Shown one piece after another: positions 59,591 through 64,000 of a stretch of 64,000 bases of DNA. The stretch is from an uncultured Bacteroidales bacterium (GTDB taxonomy: Bacteria > Bacteroidota > Bacteroidia > Bacteroidales > VadinHA17). The stretch spans positions 71,708 to 135,707 of the forward strand of contig CAVRBS010000013.1 in assembly GCA_963719235.1 (NCBI GenBank). Direction: 5' to 3'. Each line of letters opens with the position of its first letter. Within the stretch, counting starts at the first letter, position 1. Below the pieces are notes generated by a model, which worked only from the letters and a program-made list of their open reading frames with translations, did no database searches and was not told where the DNA came from. The position numbers and the translations under genes were made by a program.

Positions 59591-60877
59591 ATGAAAAACA
59601 AGATTATCCCTCCAGGGTATCTTTTCCCTAAAGGTTACACCAATTACATATTTGTGCTGCTCTTCCTGCTCTATATGTTTGACTATATAGACAGGATGAT
59701 CGTCACATCAATGTTTGTTCATATTGAAGCGGCCCTTGGGATAACACATACACAGAGCGGACTTCTTGTATCGGCCGTTTATTGGGCAATAGTCCTTCTC
59801 ACCTTCCCCGTTTCGATCCTTATCGACCGGTGGAACCGGACCAAAACGATCGGCATTATGGCGGTTTTATGGAGCCTTGCCACGGCTCTGTGCGCCCTGA
59901 CGGGCAATTTCGCACAACTTCTGTTAACCAGGGCGCTCATTGGTGTTGGCGAGGCCGGGTACGCACCCGGTGGCAGCGCGGTTATATCAGGCCTTTATCC
60001 TGAAGATAAGCGGTCAAAGATGATGGGCCTGTGGAATGCTTCAATCCCTCTCGGGACTGCCATTGGGGTACTTGCGGGTGGCATAATAGCCACCAGGCTG
60101 GGATGGAAGCATGCCTTCGGAATAGTGGCTCTGCCGGGACTTATTGTGGCTATTCTCTTTTTCTTTATAAAGGACTACAAGACAGTTGACCTCTCCCTTA
60201 CCGACAGTAATAATAACAAGACGAAGATGAAGCCGAAGGATATCACCCGCGAATTCCTCTCCAGACCTTCGCTGTTATTCACCTACTTTGGCTTTGCCGC
60301 TGTGGTCTTTGTCACCACCTCCCTCATTACTTGGCTTTCAACCTATTTCACTGTCACCCGTGGTATTTCTGTTGAGAAGGCAGGGTCTATGGCCAGTGCA
60401 GTAATGGTACTGGCAATCATCGGAGCACCTGCCGGTGGCATTATCACCGACCGCTGGAGAAAGAAGAACATCAGGGCCCGCCTGTATTTTCCTGCCATCA
60501 CTTCTGTGCTGGCTGCGGTCTTTCTCCTGTGTGCCCTATGGCTGACAAAAGGCACTTTGCAATACGTATTCTTTCTGCTGATGGGAGTGACAGTCACTGC
60601 CTTTCTCCCGGGAGCCGCTGCTGTAACACAGGATGTAATACATCCGGGACTGAGAGCAATGTCGTACGCTATTGCCGTCGTGGTTCAGAACCTTCTCGGG
60701 GCCTCCACTGCCCCGCTGGTGATAGGCAAGCTTTATGACTTGTACACTATCAAAACGGCCCTGGCCCTGCTTCCTTTTATGCTTTTACTTGGAGCCTTAC
60801 TATTTTTTGCAGGTTCACGGTTTTACGTAAAAGATATTGATAAGACCGCCAAAATAAAACTGGAACCAGCCCTGTAA
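59591..60877 (+). CDS. MFS transporter
   Basis: 428 aa with about 12 transmembrane helices and a DRWNRTK loop motif. Confidence 0.8.
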   Translation: MKNKIIPPGYLFPKGYTNYIFVLLFLLYMFDYIDRMIVTSMFVHIEAALGITHTQSGLLVSAVYWAIVLLTFPVSILIDRWNRTKTIGIMAVLWSLATALCALTGNFAQLLLTRALIGVGEAGYAPGGSAVISGLYPEDKRSKMMGLWNASIPLGTAIGVLAGGIIATRLGWKHAFGIVALPGLIVAILFFFIKDYKTVDLSLTDSNNNKTKMKPKDITREFLSRPSLLFTYFGFAAVVFVTTSLITWLSTYFTVTRGISVEKAGSMASAVMVLAIIGAPAGGIITDRWRKKNIRARLYFPAITSVLAAVFLLCALWLTKGTLQYVFFLLMGVTVTAFLPGAAAVTQDVIHPGLRAMSYAIAVVVQNLLGASTAPLVIGKLYDLYTIKTALALLPFMLLLGALLFFAGSRFYVKDIDKTAKIKLEPAL

Positions 60878-61598
60878 ATGAGAATAGCCCTGCTTGGATA
60901 CGGCCGCATGGGGCGGGAGATTGAGCTGGCAGCTGCCTCAGGTGGTCATACAATAGCGGTAAAGACTGATATTCATAATGCGGGGGATTTCAACAGCCAT
61001 ACGGCGGCTGAGTGTGAGGTAGCCATCGAGTTTACAGGACCAGGGGCAGCCGCGGAAACCATCATCAGTGCACTTATCGTTAGGAGTACCGGTGGTCTCC
61101 GGCTCTACGGGCTGGCTGACAAGATATGACGAGGTAGTTCGTCTCTGTGCTGAGAAAAACGGTTCCTTCATCCATTCATCAAATTACAGCATAGGGGTCA
61201 ACATTCTCTTCAGGCTTAATGCGGAGCTGGCGCGAATAATGAACCTGCTTCCTGATTACCGTGTATCTGTCGGGGAGATACACCATCTGCAGAAGCTTGA
61301 TGCTCCAAGCGGCACAGCCATTACCCTTGCAGGTGATATCATAGGCCGGCACAGCGGTTATGACGGATGGCGAAAAGCTGTCGACCCTGCCGATCTGAAA
61401 AAAATAGCCGTGACCTCGGGGAGAGAAGGTACAGTTCCCGGAACGCATACGATTACATGGAAATCAGAAGCCGATATAATTACTCTCAATCACGAGGCTC
61501 TGAACCGCAAGGGGTTTGCTGCAGGAGCTATTCTGGCTGCAGAGTACATCTCAACCCGGAAAGGGGTTTTTACAATGGCTGATGTTTTAAGTATTTAA
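60878..61598 (+). CDS. dapB: 4-hydroxy-tetrahydrodipicolinate reductase (apparent frameshift near 61070-61130)
   Basis: The N-terminus reads MRIALLGYGRMG. The motif EIHHLQKLDAPSGTA lies in the second frame. Confidence 0.85.
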
Positions 61599-61631
61599 TT
61601 ATAGTTAGATTTGCAGCGAAATAGAAAAAAG

Positions 61632-63030
61632 ATGAAGGAGATTTTTCGGAGCAAATACATAAGATTTGGCATTGCAGCAGTTTTATTCATCCTCTGGGTT
61701 ATCTGGATGGGTAATTTCTGGTGGCTCTTCGGGCTGCCCGTGGTTTATGATGTCTATGTAAGCAAACTGGTCAACTGGTCTTTCTGGAAAAAGCGCTCCG
61801 GCAAGAATAATGTCGTCATAGAATGGCTTGATGCCCTGATATTTGCAGTAATAGCTGTCACCCTTATCAACATATTCCTGTTCCAGAATTATCGCATCCC
61901 CACACCATCAATGGAGAAATCACTCCTTGTGGGCGATCATCTGGCTGTAAGCAAGGTGGCATACGGACCGCGAATGCCTAACACCCCAATTGCTTTTCCG
62001 TTTACACAAAATACGATGCCTTTCTCGAACAGGCGAGGCAAGTCATGGTCAGACCTGATCCACCTCAAATACAAGAGGCTTGCCGGCTTCGGCCATGTGA
62101 AGAACAACGATGTTGTGGTATTTAATTTTCCGGCAGGTGATACGGTATGTCTTGAAAATACGACGGTAAGCTATTATGAGATTGTCAGGGAACGTGCCGA
62201 GTTGTTGACAGTAGACGATATAAGGGCAAACAGGAAACTAAAGACCAGGGAGGAGTATACTTCTGTTGCAAGGCAGCTTGTACGGAGTGAGAATACGGTT
62301 AGTCTACAGGCCTGTTGACCGTCGTGATAACTATGTTAAGCGCTGCGTGGGAATCCCCGGTGATACAATAACAATAAAGAGCGGGATACTGTATGTGAAT
62401 AACGTCGAGGTGCCTGATAACGGGACACAACAGACATCTTATTACGTGCGCACAAACGGCACACGCATCAATCCGAAGGCATTCGAGAGAATGGGAGTAT
62501 CAAAATCAGACCAGTCGCTCATGCTCTCAGGAACCGTCTACAGGCTTCCGCTTACTAAGGGCAATGCAAAGCTGATTTCAGGCTTTACCAATGTGACGGG
62601 TATTGAAATGGATATCAAGAGGGCAGGGGAGTACGCCCCTTACATCTTCCCTCATGACCCGGGGTTCAGATGGAATGAGGATAACTTCGGACCACTCTGG
62701 CTGCCCTCAAAAGGAGCCACGGTCAAAATTGACCCATCCAACATTTGCCTCTACTCACAGATCATTCAGATATATGAGGAGAATGAGTTGAAGATAACAG
62801 ACAGCCTGATCTATATCAACGGCAAGCCTGCAGACAGCTACACTTTTAAGATGGACTATTACTGGATGATGGGTGATAACAGGCACGACTCTGCCGACTC
62901 ACGTTACTGGGGGTTTGTTCCCGAGGATCATATCATCGGCCGTCCGGTGATTGTCTGGCTGTCGATTGACAAGGAGGCATCCGGTCTTAAAAAGATCAGG
63001 TTCAGAAGGTTTTTCAAATCAGCAAGATAA
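61632..63030 (+). CDS. lepB: Signal peptidase I (apparent frameshift near 62290)
   Basis: A transmembrane helix and the catalytic IPTPSMEKSL (SM). GDNRHDSADSRYWGFV lies in the second frame. Confidence 0.85.
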
Positions 63031-63100
63031 TTTCCGATTGTCGATGTGAGATTGTCGATTTTATGAGATTCTTAATCGCAAATCGCAAATCGACAGATCG
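63031..63100. repeat. Short inverted and tandem word repeats (GATTGTCGAT x2; AATCGCAAATCGCAAATCGACA)
   Basis: Seen directly between the convergent lepB and rplT genes. Confidence 0.6.
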
Positions 63101-63101
63101 T

Positions 63102-63139
63102 AAAAAAAGTCGGTGCTCGGTATTTACACCGCTTTTTTT
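63102..63139. terminator. Bidirectional rho-independent terminator between lepB and rplT
   Basis: The sequence is A7-GTCGGTGCTCGGTATTTACACCGC-T7. The stem is CGGTG/CACCG, flanked by A and T runs on both strands. Confidence 0.6.
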
Positions 63140-63485
63140 ATTCTTTTACCTTATCCACTATCGCCTTGAAGGCTTCCGGGTGGTTCATTGCCAGGTCGGC
63201 CAGGGTCTTTCGATTGAGGGTTATGCCCTTTTTGTCAAGGCCGCCGATGAATTCTGAATAGCTCATACCGTAAAGGCGTACGCCTGCGTTGATCCTCTGG
63301 ATCCACAGCGCCCTGAACTGTCCTTTCTTGTCTTTGCGGTCACGGTAGGCATAGGCCAGACCTTTCTCAAGGACATTCTTGGCAACACTGTAAACATTAG
63401 CGTTGTTGCCAAAGTACCCCTTGGTCTGTTTGAAAATCTTTTTTCTCCTCGCCTTGGATGCGGGTGCGTTTGTTGATCTTGGCAT
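63138..63485 (-). CDS. rplT: 50S ribosomal protein L20
   Basis: 115 aa with the [16 protein letters not shown] pattern. Confidence 0.95.
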   Translation of the reverse strand: MPRSTNAPASKARRKKIFKQTKGYFGNNANVYSVAKNVLEKGLAYAYRDRKDKKGQFRALWIQRINAGVRLYGMSYSEFIGGLDKKGITLNRKTLADLAMNHPEAFKAIVDKVKE

Positions 63486-63586
63486 TTTCTTTTCTCTTTT
63501 TCGGATGTAAGCGCCGTTAAGGTCTTTTATGCTTCACATCCAGGTTAATAATTCTTGTTGATTATTACGCTGTCAGGTGGTTAATA

Positions 63587-63784
63587 CTATTTTAACCCGA
63601 GCATAAGTTTGACATTCTTCTGGTCAGCCTTATCTACCATTCCGTCGTATGTAAGATTCCTCTTACGCTTGGTCGACTTCTTGGTAAGGATGTGGCTTTT
63701 AAAAGCATGCTTACGCTTGATCTTACCTGTACCGGTCAAAGTAAATCTCTTCTTTGCACCCGGATTTGTTTTAATTTTTGGCAT
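63587..63784 (-). CDS. rpmI: 50S ribosomal protein L35
   Basis: 65 aa with the [14 protein letters not shown] pattern. Confidence 0.95.
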   Translation of the reverse strand: MPKIKTNPGAKKRFTLTGTGKIKRKHAFKSHILTKKSTKRKRNLTYDGMVDKADQKNVKLMLGLK

Positions 63785-63811
63785 GTTGTAAATATATATG
63801 TATAAAAAATT

Positions 63812-64000
63812 CTATTTCTTTTTCTTCGGAGAAAGGATAATGATCATCCTTTTTCCTTCCAGTCTCGGTGTCTGGTCTACCTTTCCGTAATCATCCAGAT
63901 CAGTGACAAACCTTGCAAGCAGTTTTTCGCCCTGTTCCTTGAAGAGAATTGATCTTCCCTTGAAGAATACGTATGCTCTGACCTTTGCTCCCTCTTCCAG
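63812..64000 (-). CDS. infC: Translation initiation factor IF-3, C-terminal part (gene continues beyond the window)
   Basis: Minus-strand translation gives [62 protein letters not shown]-stop. The gene lies in the infC-rpmI-rplT order. Confidence 0.85.
   Translation of the reverse strand: MEEGAKVRAYVFFKGRSILFKEQGEKLLARFVTDLDDYGKVDQTPRLEGKRMIIILSPKKKK

Overview
The window is a Bacteroidota-like chromosomal segment with two very different halves. This assignment is an inference from gene content, lipoprotein signals and the lack of Shine-Dalgarno sites on core genes.

Positions 1-21.3 kb are an accessory region. It holds 18 co-oriented, structured repeat elements of 127-423 bp in four related sequence families. 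Each element begins with an RYYYAAC-like core and ends with a GTTRRRY-like core. The elements alternate with one- or two-gene segments, or ORF-less segments, all on the minus strand and of unrelated function. A degraded XerC/D-like tyrosine recombinase gene lies at the high-coordinate end.

The flank of each element is complementary to the opposite flank of the neighbouring element rather than to its own. This is the register-shift signature of integron cassette arrays. However, the sites are far longer and more sequence-conserved than canonical attC, and the recombinase lacks room for the IntI-specific insertion. I interpret this as an integron-like, possibly undescribed, cassette-capture system. 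No database search was possible.

Positions 21.5-64 kb are ordinary core genome. Genes include trpF, an rseC-like gene plus rnfBCDGEA, recG, guaB, surA, recQ, tex, mutS2, rocD, trmD, dapB, lepB and infC-rpmI-rplT. At least 13 core genes carry apparent single-base frameshifts, which suggests assembly indel errors and is a caveat for all pseudogene calls. No rRNA, tRNA or CRISPR array was recognised.
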